In this document: one piece after another, positions 1-13,563 of the stretch
Layout: the number at the start of each line of letters is the position of its first letter
How positions within the stretch are numbered: position 1 is the first letter of the stretch
Source: Octopus sinensis
Taxonomy: Eukaryota
Direction: 5' to 3'
Length of the DNA: 64,000 nucleotides
Assembly: GCF_006345805.1 (NCBI RefSeq)
Contig: NC_043019.1
Location: 17,111,360 to 17,175,359 of the forward strand
Made by a program: the position numbers and the translations under genes
Notes under the pieces: model-generated
Told to the model about the DNA's origin: nothing
The model's database searches: none
The model's input: the letters and a program-made list of their open reading frames with translations, nothing else

Positions 1-600
1 TTCTTGGGTCCAGTACAGTCCTTTGTCATCTCCTCCCTGAGATGCAGCCCCTTCAGATCAGTCTCCCAAGTTTTCCTTGGTCCCACTCTTCCAATAACTT
101 GAAGAGACCAGCCTTTCCTTTTGTAACTGTCAGCCTCCATATGCATTATATACCCCCTTACTAGTTCCACCTTCCCCCCTTGTACACTACATTTGAATTC
201 CTTTTATACCCAGTTTCTCTCTCATCTCATCTCTACTCTGTACTTCATGCCCACCACTGACATCAAATGGTCTCATTGCTTTGTGGTCTTCACAAGTCTT
301 CGCCATTCAAGGTCCACATCTCACAGCCATGCAGCAGCAGCAGCACGGTCCTAAAACAAACATCGTACAATCTGTCCTTCACTCTGAAGGAGGAGAGACC
401 CTTGTTGCCAGCAGTGGTAATACCTCCCCCAACTATTACCAACCCATTCTTACTCTGGATGCCATACTCTCTGAATAACCACCTCCCCTCCTAATTATGT
501 CTCCTAGGTAACAGAAGGCATTGACTGGCCTTTAAAGCGAATCTATTTCTAGACATGGCATAGCATGTATTGCCCTGGTGCATATGTTGCATACAAAGCT
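1..600 (-). mobile_element. Degenerate RTE-clade LINE 3' remnant
   Basis: Minus-strand translation gives decayed RTE C-terminal pieces (..ELLPLLATRVS.., ..GPRKTWETDLKGLHLREEMTKD..) with stops and frameshifts. Same family as 56620-56890 and 62900-63830. Confidence 0.6.
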
Positions 601-855
601 GACTCCCTTCACTGTTAGTCTGAGATGCCATGTTCACAGATGGGCACAGTACTTGCAGTTTATACCTATTCCTTTTCTACACACTGAGCAAAGCCATTTT
701 CCCTAATGAGACAGTTGTGGTCCTGTCTGTTTCACCCACTAATTAATATGTTTAAATATAAACATCTAACCATCTATCTATCTCTCTAACCATCCATCCA
801 TCTATCTATTTACTTACCTATCTATCTAACCATCCATCTATCCCTCTAACCATCT

Positions 856-870
856 ATCTATATATATATA

Positions 871-920
<50 letters not shown>

Positions 921-986
921 TATATATACATACATATATACATACATATATATATAATATATATATATATATACATACATATATAT

Positions 987-1017
<31 letters not shown>

Positions 1018-1050
1018 GATAGATAGATAGATATATAGATAGATAGATTT
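856..1050. repeat. Compound (TA)n/(TACA)n/(TAGA)n microsatellite
   Basis: Directly visible. Confidence 0.95.
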
Positions 1051-2471
1051 AAAGGTGTAACGTTTATACTAGTCTTGATAGAATTGTCATATCGGTCCAA
1101 TTTTAACAAAACTGTTCGACGAACGGGAATGTGAAACTCCGAGTAACAGGTTTTGTTGAATTTCTGCTGCTTTTAAATAAAGTATATATATAAAATCACC
1201 ATTTTAACATCCACATTTCCCTGCTTGCATGGGATGGCCAGAGTTTATTGAGACACATTTTCTATGGCCAGACACCCTTCCTCTTGCTAACTCTCACCTA
1301 TTTTGAAGCAAAATAATGATTCTCTGTTTTATAAACAACAAACAACTGAAGGCATAATTAATACAGAAAAGGGGGGATCAAAGAATCGAGCCATTTCCTT
1401 ACAAACATCATGCAATATACATCAACACATCAAAGAGCCCAGACATACATTTGTGACAGACTGCAAGTAAAGGACAGTCTGTGTTGGCAACAAGGCTGTT
1501 GTTTATGTACATTCTAACCATTACAGCCGTTGTGTGAGACAGGTGTAATAGTAAACGTTTACTGTTGTTTACAGCCAACAAAAACGTGTGAAGATGAGGG
1601 AAAAAACCTCGGATCTTTTCCATAATGGCACATGGTACGGTTAAGATGTTTGCTTCCCAACCACAAGGTTTTTAGTTCAATTCCACTGCATGGCATCTTG
1701 GCTTGGCGTATTCTACTATAGCACTGAGCCAACCAAAACCTTGTGAGTAGATTTGGCAGCTAGAAACTGAAAGAAGCCTTTGTTTGTGTGTGCACGCGCG
1801 TACACACACACACACATATACATATTCATACATAAACGCCATGCACAAAAGTCCCGGCCCTGGAGTCAATTTGTAACTATTGTCGAAGAAAAATAAAAAC
1901 TCGATTTGAGTTCTGTCCATCCTGTTTGTAATAACTAATTTACAAATACTATCATAACCCTAGTTGTGTGTCTGTGTGTGTGTGTGTGTGTGCGTATTTT
2001 CTCAGTAAAATGTAAGAGGGAAGGGAGAGAGTGGAAAGAGAGCAAACAACAAAGAGAAGACAGAAAAAGAGGGGTGAATAGGAGGAGAGAAATTGAGGGA
2101 AAATAAGGGCTACTCACAGGCAGCCATAAAACAAGGCCCAGGCATTTACGGCACACACACATCAGTTAAAAGCACGCTCAATCGAACACACAGATACATA
2201 AATATGAGCCCAAAGAAAAAATAAAAGACATTTAATTTTATAATATCTGTAATTTTGTGAATGAAAATATGGACGAATAAATTTATTGATAAAGAAAAGA
2301 TGTTCAGGGAAGCAGGCAATATTATCTTTGAAAAATATTTATACAGTGAATTCATTGTTTCTTCTAAAAGGGTTAAATATAGAGATTTAGTAAATTTTTT
2401 ATTGCAGGGTTGAAAGAAGCTACGTTCGGTCATTTGGAATAAAGAACTCAAAGACAACGATTTAATGGTAT

Positions 2472-2655
2472 ATTTCTTTACGTTCTGAGTTCAAATTCCG
2501 CCGAGGTCGACTTTGCCTTTCATCCTTTCGGGGTCGATTAAATAAGTACCAGTTACGCACTGGGGTCGATATAATCGACTTAATCCGTGTGTCTGTCCTT
2601 GTTTGTCCTCTCTGTGTTTAGCCCCTTGTGGGTAGTAAAGAAATGGGTATATTTC
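2472..2655 (+). mobile_element. tRNA-derived SINE (family B here), 5'-truncated
   Basis: B-box GAGTTCAAATTCC followed by gccgaggtcgactttgcctttcatcctttcggggtcga and the gtttagccccttgtgggtagtaaagaaa tail; more than 10 related copies in the window. Confidence 0.85.
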
Positions 2656-2845
2656 TTTACTTGTTTTAGTCAATTGACTGCGGCCATGCTGGAGCATCGG
2701 CTTGAAGAGTTTAACAGAAGAAATCGCCCCTGGTACTTATTTTATTTAAAGCCTGTTACTATTTCTATCGGCCACTTTTGCTGAACCGCTAAGTTACGGA
2801 GACGTAAACAAACCAACACCGGTTGACAAGCGGTGGATGGGTGGG
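2656..2845 (-). mobile_element. SINE family A 3' half
   Basis: Reverse complement of the cttagcggttcggcaaaa...ccagcatggccgcagtcaa...gaaacaagtaa tail seen at 29600-29738. Confidence 0.7.
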
Positions 2846-3741
2846 GAAAACACAAACAAAAATACATCACTGGTGTCTCTGAAAATGAGCAGGTTATCAG
2901 CTTTACATTTTGTTGGCCATGAGGAGATTTATTAAGCCTACTTCATCATGAAATCCGCGGTGACAAAGCAGGCACATAATAGAAGAATCAGAATTCAGTG
3001 AGCTTTTCGTGCAACCTGAACTCCAGGGTACACAGCACTACAATGAACGATCCTGAGCAAGACGCTTCCAAGTACACACACGCACACATACTAACATACA
3101 AACACACGATGAGTTTCTTTCAGTTTCCTTTTTCCATTCTTTCATGGGTCACCCTCATCACGGCTGGAAACAAACGACACCACTTTTTTTGCTGGTAATA
3201 CTCAAGATCCTTCCAAGTACATCTGAAAGCTACCCATTGTACGTACGTGCATGCATGCATCCATCCATATATACAATGGGTAACTTTCATTTTCCGTCAA
3301 TCAAGGTTTTGGTCAGCCAGGAGTTTAGGGAAGAGACATGCCCAAGGTACGTGCACACAGGGACTGAACCCAAGACACATGATTGAGAAGCAAGCTTTTT
3401 AATCACACAACCACGCTTGTTTGATTTCTTCTTTAAAAAAAATTTTTTTTTGATAATAAGACAACAACCAACAAAATATGATTCATTAAACAAAATCCAG
3501 ATTCACTTTTTATACGTCGTCATTGAAATCGTTTTAACGCCCACGTTTCCATTCTTTCGTGGATCACCCTCATCACGGCTGAACATGGTTTCACAGAAGA
3601 CAGGAAACAAACGACACCACTTGTTTGGAGGTGATACTCGTTTACAACCATAACACAATGTCAAAGAAACACTAACACACATATGTATTATGATTGGACT
3701 TCTTTCATTTTCACCAAATCCAATCAAAAGAGTTTGGTAGT

Positions 3742-3779
<38 letters not shown>

Positions 3780-4997
3780 ATAAATATATATTGTACACAG
3801 AAAGAAGCGTTGATCATGGAAATCTGATGGGGAACAGATTTATCAGAAAAGAATGTAATAAAAGTTTGCTTTATTAAACATGAAACCACACACACACACA
3901 TTGTAAAATGAAACAAGGATATGCCATTCCAATAATGTATTCTACCAGCTTCAATGTCTACGAGTGATGTTTGAAATGGATATATGAGTATTGAGAATAT
4001 GTATAATTTAGTGGACGAAAATAGTAATATGTATAGAAGCTCACTTCTTATTAACCATGGTAACAGTGAAGGTTTATGGATTAGTGTTAGAGTGTTACAC
4101 TCATGATCGCAAGATTGTGGTTTCAATTCCAGGACCAACCGGCGAAATGTGTTGTTAAGTAAAACACTTCATTTCACATCGCCCGCCTATTCAGCCTTGA
4201 GTTCCAAAAGTAGCCGAAAAGACTGTGCCACAACAGACTGGCGGCCCATTGAGGTGGACGGTTTTGTAATATTAGTCCTGCAGATTGCCATGAAAACTCA
4301 GGGCCAAGCCCTGGTCTTGAATTCAAAGGTTCATGAAAAGACCAAATATGGACGGGTGTTTCGCCGTAACTGAACATGTTAGATATAAGACATGTCATAA
4401 TGATATTTATATTATAATATAGATACGTATCTGGAACGCATGCTACACTGACTGTTGACAAAACACGATACATTCGGTAAACAAACTTTGACCTGAACCT
4501 CGGCTGACAATGCACGATCTGCCGTTACAAGTTTATACCAAGTTCATTAAATACTTGTTTCAGCTTAATTTTCTTTTTTCTTTTTTTAAAATGTCTGTTC
4601 ATTTTCTTTTACGTCTCTTTTTCCATGCTAGCATGGGTTAGACGAGTCACTAACCCTGACTGGTTTCTCTAGTAAGAGATCTCTTATTCCATACATCTTT
4701 GAAAGTGCAGGCCCAGTAGACGAACTCATTGACAAGGGAATGATAGCAATGGGTTGAGGGATTTTCAACGAAGTGCAAATACAAACACACACACACACAC
4801 GGCTTCTTTCAGTTTCTGTCTTCTAAACCACTTATAAGGCAAGGTAGCCTAGGGCTGTAGTAGAAAAACCTAAACCAAGGTGGCATGCAGTGGGATTGAA
4901 CCCATGGTTGGGAAGCAAAACGTCTCAACCACACAATCACATTCTGATGACAGTAAGAGCACCAGAACTTCGAAGTTACCGTCAACCTTGTCTTTGT

Positions 4998-5021
4998 AAA
5001 CACACACACACACACACACAC

Positions 5022-5069
<48 letters not shown>

Positions 5070-5147
5070 ATATAAACACCTTTATATATATACATATATA
5101 ATATATATATATATATATATATAAACACCTTTATATATATACATATA

Positions 5148-5186
<39 letters not shown>

Positions 5187-5187
5187 T

Positions 5188-5233
<46 letters not shown>

Positions 5234-5257
5234 ATTATATATAAACACCTTTATATA

Positions 5258-5297
<40 letters not shown>

Positions 5298-5330
5298 CCT
5301 TTATATATATATATATACACACAAATATTC
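4998..5330. repeat. (CA)n-(TA)n microsatellite with recurring aaacaccttt interruptions
   Basis: Directly visible; interruptions near 5074, 5123 and 5243, with a partial one near 5296. Confidence 0.9.
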
Positions 5331-8300
5331 ATGTCTTTACAGATATATATATATCCTCATGGATATACAACACACACACACACATATATATACATACACA
5401 CATACACATGTACATTTGTGTATATACATGTGTATATACATATATAACATGCATCTATACACACATATACTCACACACACACGTGTGTGTGTGCTCGCGC
5501 GCGCACATGTACAGTGCATTACATCTGAGACCAACCCTTAACATTTATAGGATCTACGTTTATCTAATTATAAATAGATGCTGTCTGATAGGAATTGATA
5601 AATGCTTCATTAGCTTCGAAAGGTGAGTTCAACTCGACTCGAGGGTATTCTTAGGGGGTGAGGATCGTCTCTGCCAAAGTGATTTTCTCCAGATATTGGT
5701 ACATGTAAACGGATCACCAATTTTGTTTCTTTGCCACTCAGTATATTTGGCACAAAGCATCACATTTCTTATGTAAACACACAGACTGCCGAGCTGTACG
5801 TACTCTATGCACCAGGCTTGTACACGATGTCTTTTGTGTTAAGACTAGGACATTCAAAAAGGAACGAAGACAGAAAAAAATAATTAATCCAAGTATTTGC
5901 ATTACAGATTGCTAATTTACTCTTAAAATTCTTTATAAAATTAAACCAACAGCTTCTTGTTTGAAAGTAGAATGGGTGAGCAGTAGTTAAACGGACCTCT
6001 ATCATATTCAGACCAAATATTTAATAACATATTTTTAAAATCTTTACTGTGTCACATTAAATAATGAAGTAAATTTAAATGTGCCTTGGGCGAGTAATAA
6101 ACAAAATAGTACCAACACAGTTATTACAGAGCGAGTAACACGTGTAGTGGTGGATCCATTCTGCAAATAGTAACACCATCTACATCCACCCTTACATAAC
6201 AGATTATTTTTAAGAAAAAATAATAAAATTGTGTCTTTGTTACCTTCCACGACAGCATGAAGATAAAGAGAAATGGTTAGGAATTGAAAATCGACATGCT
6301 GTGAACTTTATCTTTTCATAAATGGAAAAAACATTAAAAACTGCGCAGACCAAATTTCAGTTCCCAGCAACAACTGCTCTGCGGGTGTCCTTAATATATT
6401 TATTCTAAAAATAAGAATAAAAACAAAAAAACACTAAGATCATTGCTGCTTTCGAAACTTCTTACCTATTCAAGAAATTCATTAACGCACCTAGTGTTAG
6501 ATTTTAATTTACTACGAGATATACTGTATGTTGATGTTGTTGTTATTGAGACCCGGAACAATCCTGATTGAGAAAACCTACAGCCAAAGGCATTCCAGCC
6601 GTGCCCAAACATCCAGACATACGCATGAGGACCACACTATTTAACATATAATTTCTCATTTAAAACCGTGTGTGTGTGATTTGAGGAGAACCTGGCTGCT
6701 ATTTCTAGTAGGTTGGCGCGATCACGTCGACTCGTGTATTTGTGAGTGTGTGTTCGATGAAATAACTATAGACAGGCTTCAAGCACTGACAGGCCTGGCT
6801 TAATAGACAAACGACAGAACGAAAGCGTGTAAAGTTCAAATAAACAAACATCTTTGGAAAATATCCCAACTTTGGAGAAAAAGAAATTAAAATCTAACGT
6901 AAAACTAGTTTTCGTCGAGTGAAGTAAAAAAAATCTGTAAAAACCAACTTTAGTGTGGCGAAAAACAAACAAGAAAAATACGTGAATGTTGTAAATGTAA
7001 ATAACATGTTCTGAGAGAATAAACAAATAAAAATCAATAAATCCACATTAGATATAGAAAGATGTGATGAAAATATATAAATACATCCACAGAGAAACCA
7101 TTTCACATTTACTAAGAGATATCTTTACTTACTGTGTCGTCGTTGAAGTTAAATCCATCTGGCCAGAGTGTCGGAATTACTCCAGACCACACACACAGGT
7201 ATAAAAAGATAAGTAAAACTATTCGCCAATTGTATTTTCAGCAGAAAGAACTTTTATAAGGGTTTCCAACGCTAAAATTAGTGAAGAACTCTTTTAGAAA
7301 GTTAAACTCGTGAGTCAATAAACTGCCGAGTGCTTATCTATGTAAGTGAGAAGGTTTTTCTAATCGTCATCGGTGTGGGCCCCGGTTAAACCTGACCCGC
7401 AACATCACAGCCGCCCGACACCAACTTTTCTCCTTTCAGGGCAACGTTTAATTCTAAGACACAACTAGTTACCTCCCCTGAAAGCAATTAACTCCGAACG
7501 CAATTAACTTTGAATTCTTCACTTCTCAAACATTTCCCCTCACCGAACGGCTCCACAATGACTGCGTTGTAATTTATTTTCCTTTATAAATATAGTTGTA
7601 GATTTATAAATTTTCATTTCATCTCATAATTGCATTAAGAACGAGAAACTGAGAAAGTTAATGACGCTAATTTTTATAATTTCAGATGTTTCTAAAGTTA
7701 ATTTTCTTATAATTTCGTAATTTCTCCACATTTACACTGATGGTAATTAATTTTTGTTGAATAAAATATTGAATTTACAAATCCTCATTTTATCCCAGAG
7801 TTACATTAAGAAAGAGCAATTGAACGAGTTGGTGAGGCTAACTTTTTATAAGTCACGATTCGATCGACCCGGCAATAGATCTCCCCCACAACACATTCCA
7901 CTCAGACATGCATAATAATTCACAGAGATATTGGTTGCTGATGAATAAACGTAAAACTGAATATTTACATGTGAGTGCATGGCTTGTTGTGACGGTTCTG
8001 TTTCATTGGAACATTAAATGTGAACGCGTGCAGAGAGGACGACCGTAACTACGTCACGCTCTTGCCTGACCGGTCGATTGGAAAGGAAAAACAAAACAAA
8101 CAATAAACATCAAGTGATCGACTCAGAACGTTTAATATCTTTCCCCTTTCGTGAACCACCACCACCACCACCCTGAAAAACTTAACTTTTTGTTTATAAA
8201 TGTTAAAACACGCCCGCGCGCACACACGCTAATACAAACGCACACACATACACACAAGCCTGCATACATACGTATGCGCACACGCACACAAATAGTCACT

Positions 8301-8377
8301 TATATAAACATATAAATACCTACACAAACACACGTACATACATATATGAACATATCTATTATCTAGCGCACGTAGGA

Positions 8378-8461
8378 GTCAGGATGGCCGAGCGGTCTAA
8401 GGCGCTGCGTTCAGGTCGCAGTCGGGTCTTCCCGGCGTGGGTTCGAATCCCACTTCTGACA
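8378..8461 (+). tRNA. tRNA-Leu(CAG)
   Basis: GTCAGGA..TCTGAC-A acceptor stem; A-box TGGCCGAGCGG; anticodon stem CTGCG/CGCAG with loop TTCAGGT (CAG at 8412-8414); long variable arm CGGG-TCTT-CCCG; B-box GGTTCGAATCC. Closely resembles the canonical metazoan Leu-CAG sequence. Confidence 0.97.
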
Positions 8462-8467
8462 AACAAA

Positions 8468-8472
8468 TTTTT
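8468..8472 (+). terminator. Pol III oligo-T terminator of tRNA-Leu
   Basis: TTTTT begins 7 nt after the tRNA 3' end and is followed by cTTTT. Confidence 0.8.
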
Positions 8473-9234
8473 CTTTTATTTGTGTTTGTATGGCTGTATT
8501 GCCAAGAAGCTTGTTTTGCAAACGTGGTTTCGTGTTCGTTTTCAGTGCGCGGCTGATCAATCTTTGTGAATAAATTTGGGACAAACTTTCTGAAAGCCCG
8601 TTCTATATACATATATGAGTGTGTGTGCACGCACTTACCCCCACGACTTTATATCTATGTTCTTACCGACTAGCGCATGACAACCAACGTTGGTTTGTTT
8701 ACGTCATCGTAGCTTAGCGGTTCGATAAAAGACACCAGTACAATAAATACCTGATCTAAAATATACCCTGGAGTCAATTTATTCAACCCTTCAAAGCAAA
8801 TGCCCCAGCATGGCCGCAGTTCAGCGACTGAAACATGTGGAGCATTATTATTGATGAGCTGACAGAATCATTCTCGCCGGACGAGATGCCGCTAAGCATT
8901 TCGTCCGTGTTTTCGTTCTGAGTTCAAATTCCGCAGAGGGATCTAGTTGGTTTGGCATTTCAAAAATTAAAGTTTATCGAAAATTTTAAAATTTGGCACA
9001 TTAATATACTTTCCCAAGCTGAATTGCTGGAGTTATTTCACTTTTTCCAGAAAAATGTTTTTAAAAAGTTATAGAGGTTTAAAGTTTGATCATTTTCACC
9101 AAGTTAGGAAACAGGATTTGGAAGCTGTCATTTTGTCCCTGATTGCACATCTTGTCGTCAGCATCCTGAAAATAGCACCAGTTGTCAATATTTGTAAACA
9201 ACATGTGTTTTGTAGTTTGAAGCATTCAGTATGC

Positions 9235-9415
9235 ATTTAATGCAGGGTTACTCATTTTTGACAGCTGAGTGAACTGGAGCAACGTCAAATGAAGTATTTT
9301 GCTCAAGAACACAACGCACGCACAGTCCAGGAATCGAAACTACAATCTTACGATCATGAGTCCAACACCATAACCACTCAGCGACACCCTAACACCTAAG
9401 CCACGCGCCTCCACA
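9235..9415 (-). mobile_element. tRNA-derived SINE (family D here)
   Basis: Minus strand reads as a tRNA-like head (..ggactcatgatcgtaagattgtagtttcgattcctgg) plus core gttgtgttcttgagcaaaatacttcatt. Related copies lie at ~4070-4190 and ~36290-36400. Confidence 0.7.
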
Positions 9416-9789
9416 TTTACCAAAATAGTAATGACGAAATTATTAAGAAGGTGAGGGCGTTAAAAGTCAGCAAAATTGATTTTTTTCTTTTTTGTGTTTA
9501 TAATTTAATCCCTGAAGTTAACTGTGATTGAGTATCAGTAATTAGGGAGGGTTAACATATTCAATGTAAAACGCTTTAAAACTATAGAACTGTATAAATA
9601 CTTTTGTGGTAAATCTTATGGTTCCTTTGAGAAGAGGCGATGGATGGAGAAGAACGAAATGAGAAGAGGGGAAATAAATATAAAAACATTAGATCTAAGG
9701 AACTTAGCTCACTTCTCAATTACTGCCATTGTTTAACGGTGGCCATTATTCTGGGGTGGGGGAGGGGGGAGCTTTGTCTGATCTACGTT

Positions 9790-10991
9790 AATAGGTGGCA
9801 TCAAAAAATGTCAGGATTAGTTATGTTTGATAAAGAATAACTTATTTACCTAAGTTTTCACATCGTCTCCTTCGAAGTAGTCACCTTGCGCAGCAACACA
9901 CCAGTCCCTATCACTCGTTTTCCGTAAGAAGGTCGTGGACCTTCTGCGATTCGCTCTCGATCTCGCAACAGTGTCAAAACGGCAACCTTTGAGCTGCGTT
10001 TTCATCTTAGGGAAGAGATGGAATTACGCTAAATCTGGTGAATAGGGTAGATGCGGAAGAGACACCATGCTGCTTCTGAGGGCAAAGAACGTCCATTGAT
10101 GTTCTGGCTGTGTGGGCCGTTGCCCCATCCTGCCGAAACCACGCATGCCACATAGGCATACGTTTTTGTCATACTTCAGGCACAAACAAGTTGTTTATCA
10201 TCTCGATGTAACGCTCGGAGTTCACAGTAACTGCATTTCCATTACTGTCTTCGAAAAAGTAAGGACCAATGATGGCAGCTTTCCCAACAGCACACCAGAC
10301 CGCCACTTTTGGGCTGTGCAGTGGTCTTTCGTGCAGTTCTCGCAGATTTTCAAGAACCCAGTAACGACAGTTCTGTTGATTCAACATGACAATGAAATGA
10401 AAATGAGCTTCATCACTCATTAACAAAATGAGGTCATCATTTACCTCAAAAATTGTTTTTATCTGACTTGCGAAGTTAACTTGCTGTGCATAGTCCCATG
10501 GTTTCAACTATTGCCGAATGACCAATTTGTACGGGTGCAAATGCAGGTCTTCATGCAAAATACACCTTGCCGATCAATTACCGATGCCAGGTTCAGTGGA
10601 ATATCTCCGAGCAGAGCGATTCGAATTCCGTTCAAAGCTTGACTGACGCGTTCCACATTTTCCAGTCTCCTGTTCATTAGTGTACCTCGTGTACGAAGTG
10701 CATTCCCCTAATGTAAGATTGTGTTGCGGGTGGGAACAGCCTGATTTCGGTAAATGTTGAAGTGGCGCCGAAACTCACGCTGAGCTGCTATGACAGACTC
10801 CTTATTCTCCACGTAACTGTCGGAGGCAAATGCGCGATGTTCTATCGTCCACAGCACTATGGCTTCACCTGAAAAGAAAAAACAATGCTAAGACACCATG
10901 GACCGAATGGTACCTGTCGGGCATATGTCCCTCCCCACTGGGGCTGAGTAATAGCTATTTCAAAAACGTCCGTCCTCTCTTCCCCGCCCTG
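9790..10991 (-). mobile_element. Defective Tc1/mariner-superfamily element, chimeric (DUF4817/DD41D-type N-part + DD34D mariner C-part)
   Basis: TA|CAGGG left end at 10991. Translation gives WTIEHRAFASDSYVENKESVIAAQREFRRHF, MSDEAHF, CRYW, HERPLHSPKVAVWCA, IIGPYFFE and WFRQDGATAHTARTSMDVL, then in another frame SLPHLPYSPDLA*FHLFPKMKTQLKGCRFD and CVAAQGDYFEGD. Contains stops and frameshifts. Confidence 0.85.
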
Positions 10992-10999
10992 TATAAAAT

Positions 11000-12735
11000 C
11001 GGATATGCAGGGAATGGCACTGAACATTTTTGGAAGATTTTCCTTGCGTCTGACATCATGGCATTCCCACATTCCTGAGCCTGTGATCCATATTAGCACT
11101 GGATATCTTGCCCCGGCTTGTCTCTGGATCATATCAAGAGGATGGAGAGGGCCTGCGAGGTGTCATGCAAGCCTTATTGTACCCAGCAATTTGCACAAAC
11201 ATTGCTGGCAATTTTAATGGCATTGCTGCTTGATTTTTAATTATACATTTTTTTCTTATTTGAAATTCCTGCAGCGATGGGAAGATGGTGAAGCATGCAC
11301 ACCGGATGAGTTAAAAGCACGAAACCAGCAACCTACATGTGGGCTGCGCATGTTAGATATAAATTCGTTTTCTTATTGTCCAAGACAGCAATGGGATTCG
11401 GTTGTTGCGTGGGTATCTGAGCAGCTCTATTTGAGGAGGGCACCGCTCGCCTGGAGACCGGGAAGGTTCTAGAAAAGGTGAACTGAACATTGCGTTTCTC
11501 TATCTGGTCAGTTTAGTGTGAATGACGGATGTCCACTTTGCGCGCGAAAAACAAAGAAAATCTGGATGGAATATAAATATTTCATGTTGGAATGTACGTG
11601 CGGACTCTGTGAGATCTGGAAGACATACTGCACTTAAAGAGATATTGCTCGTGAACTGAACCGCTACAAAATAGACATAGTCTGCTCTTTTAGAGATTCG
11701 TTTGGAAAGTAATGGTCAGCTTGAGGAGATTGGAGGTGGCTACAACATTTTCTGGAAGGGAAACCAGAAGAGGAGTGCAGGGAGGTTGGCATTGGTTTTG
11801 CTGTTCGATTTGAAATCCTGAAGAAGTTGGAGGAGATTCCTATCCCTATAAATCAGTCATTGATCTAACTCTGCGCCATATCAATGGCACAATGACGCAG
11901 AGATGACACAAAGATAGGCGTTATTCTATTGTTATACTAAGTGCCGATGCCCCTACTCTGACCAGTTCTGATGAATATAAAACAACTTTCTATGACCAGC
12001 TGAGAGTTGTACTCAGGAAAATTTCCAAGTCCGACAAAATCATTCTACTGAAGGATTTCAGTTCCAGGATTGGAACAGGGCATAGAAAAGATGAACAGCA
12101 ATGATCTCACGCACAAAAGTGATCACACAACATGGATGCACCCGGGGTCAAAAGTTTGGTATCGTTGGATTATATTGTCATTCTGATATCTATGATATTT
12201 GTAATAGATCGGAGGGTTTGACAGACCATTGCTTGGCGCGAGCAAAATTCCGAATAATAATTAGGGGGAAAGAGAGAAAAGAGCCAGCTGGGATTTCTCG
12301 GCGCCTAAATGTCGGTAAGATATATGATCCTAGTGTGAGGGGAGAGCTACAGAATCGTTTATCCAGCATCGAAGATAATACAACCTGAGAGAGAAGTTTC
12401 GAGACTAGAGTTTCCAATGCGCTGCTGAAACACTGAGATATGCTGCAATCAGTCATAAGGACTGGTTTGGCGAAAATGAGAGAGTTCTGCCCGCAAAGTG
12501 CAATGCCCACAGTGTCTATCAGTCGTGCAGCAGAAACGAACATTCTCCCATAATAAAAATATAAAATCTTTATTGCTGTGATTACTTAGGAAGATGCAGA
12601 ACACGTGATGGGGGAAGCCTTGCTTGTGATACTCAAGCTGATGTCGATGCAAGTGACAGCAAGAGGCTCTATCATCTTACGAAGCAAGCTTATGGGCCAA
12701 AGAGTTCTGCATAGATTCCTTTGCTTTCCTAGGTG
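11000..12735 (+). mobile_element. RTE (BovB-like) LINE 5' fragment: UTR + degenerate AP endonuclease
   Basis: Broken frames give ISCWNVR, IARELNRYKIDIV, GQLEEIGGGYNIFWKG, APTLTSSDEYKTTFYDQL and TDHCLARAKFRI. No RT domain follows. Confidence 0.8.
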
Positions 12736-12849
12736 GGCGCCACCTTAATTATTAAATCAACAGAAATCACAGGTGACCGCATTGAGCATTTTTCTGACAT
12801 TCTAAACTGTGGGGCGATTGCGGATGACGCAGTAATTGACACTAGTCTG

Positions 12850-13135
<286 letters not shown>

Positions 13136-13563
13136 GCGATATAGAATTAGTTTCATTTAAACGATTTAAGAATTTCTAAACATTCCATTTCTTTTGATTA
13201 GGCACGATGTTATTTTTGTGGGGAAGAGAATCTCCCCTCTCGACGAAATGGTTCGCAAAGGGAGCAGCAGACTTTGGTACCAAATGATAGACCGAGGCTA
13301 ATGAAGCCAGTTGATGGCGAGATAAGAATGTCGCCAGAGAATTTTAAAGTCAAGTTTTGTTTTATTTTTTTTACGACAGAATTAATCCCTCGACTGAAAA
13401 AGTATCAGGATATCGATATCAAACATTCATTGTAGATTATTTGAAAATACAGCGGGAAATACGATATCCGGCAACGTATATGATTTAAACTCTGTATGTG
13501 TGTGTATACATACAGATGCATACAGACATACACGTAGACACACACACACACACACACGTTATA

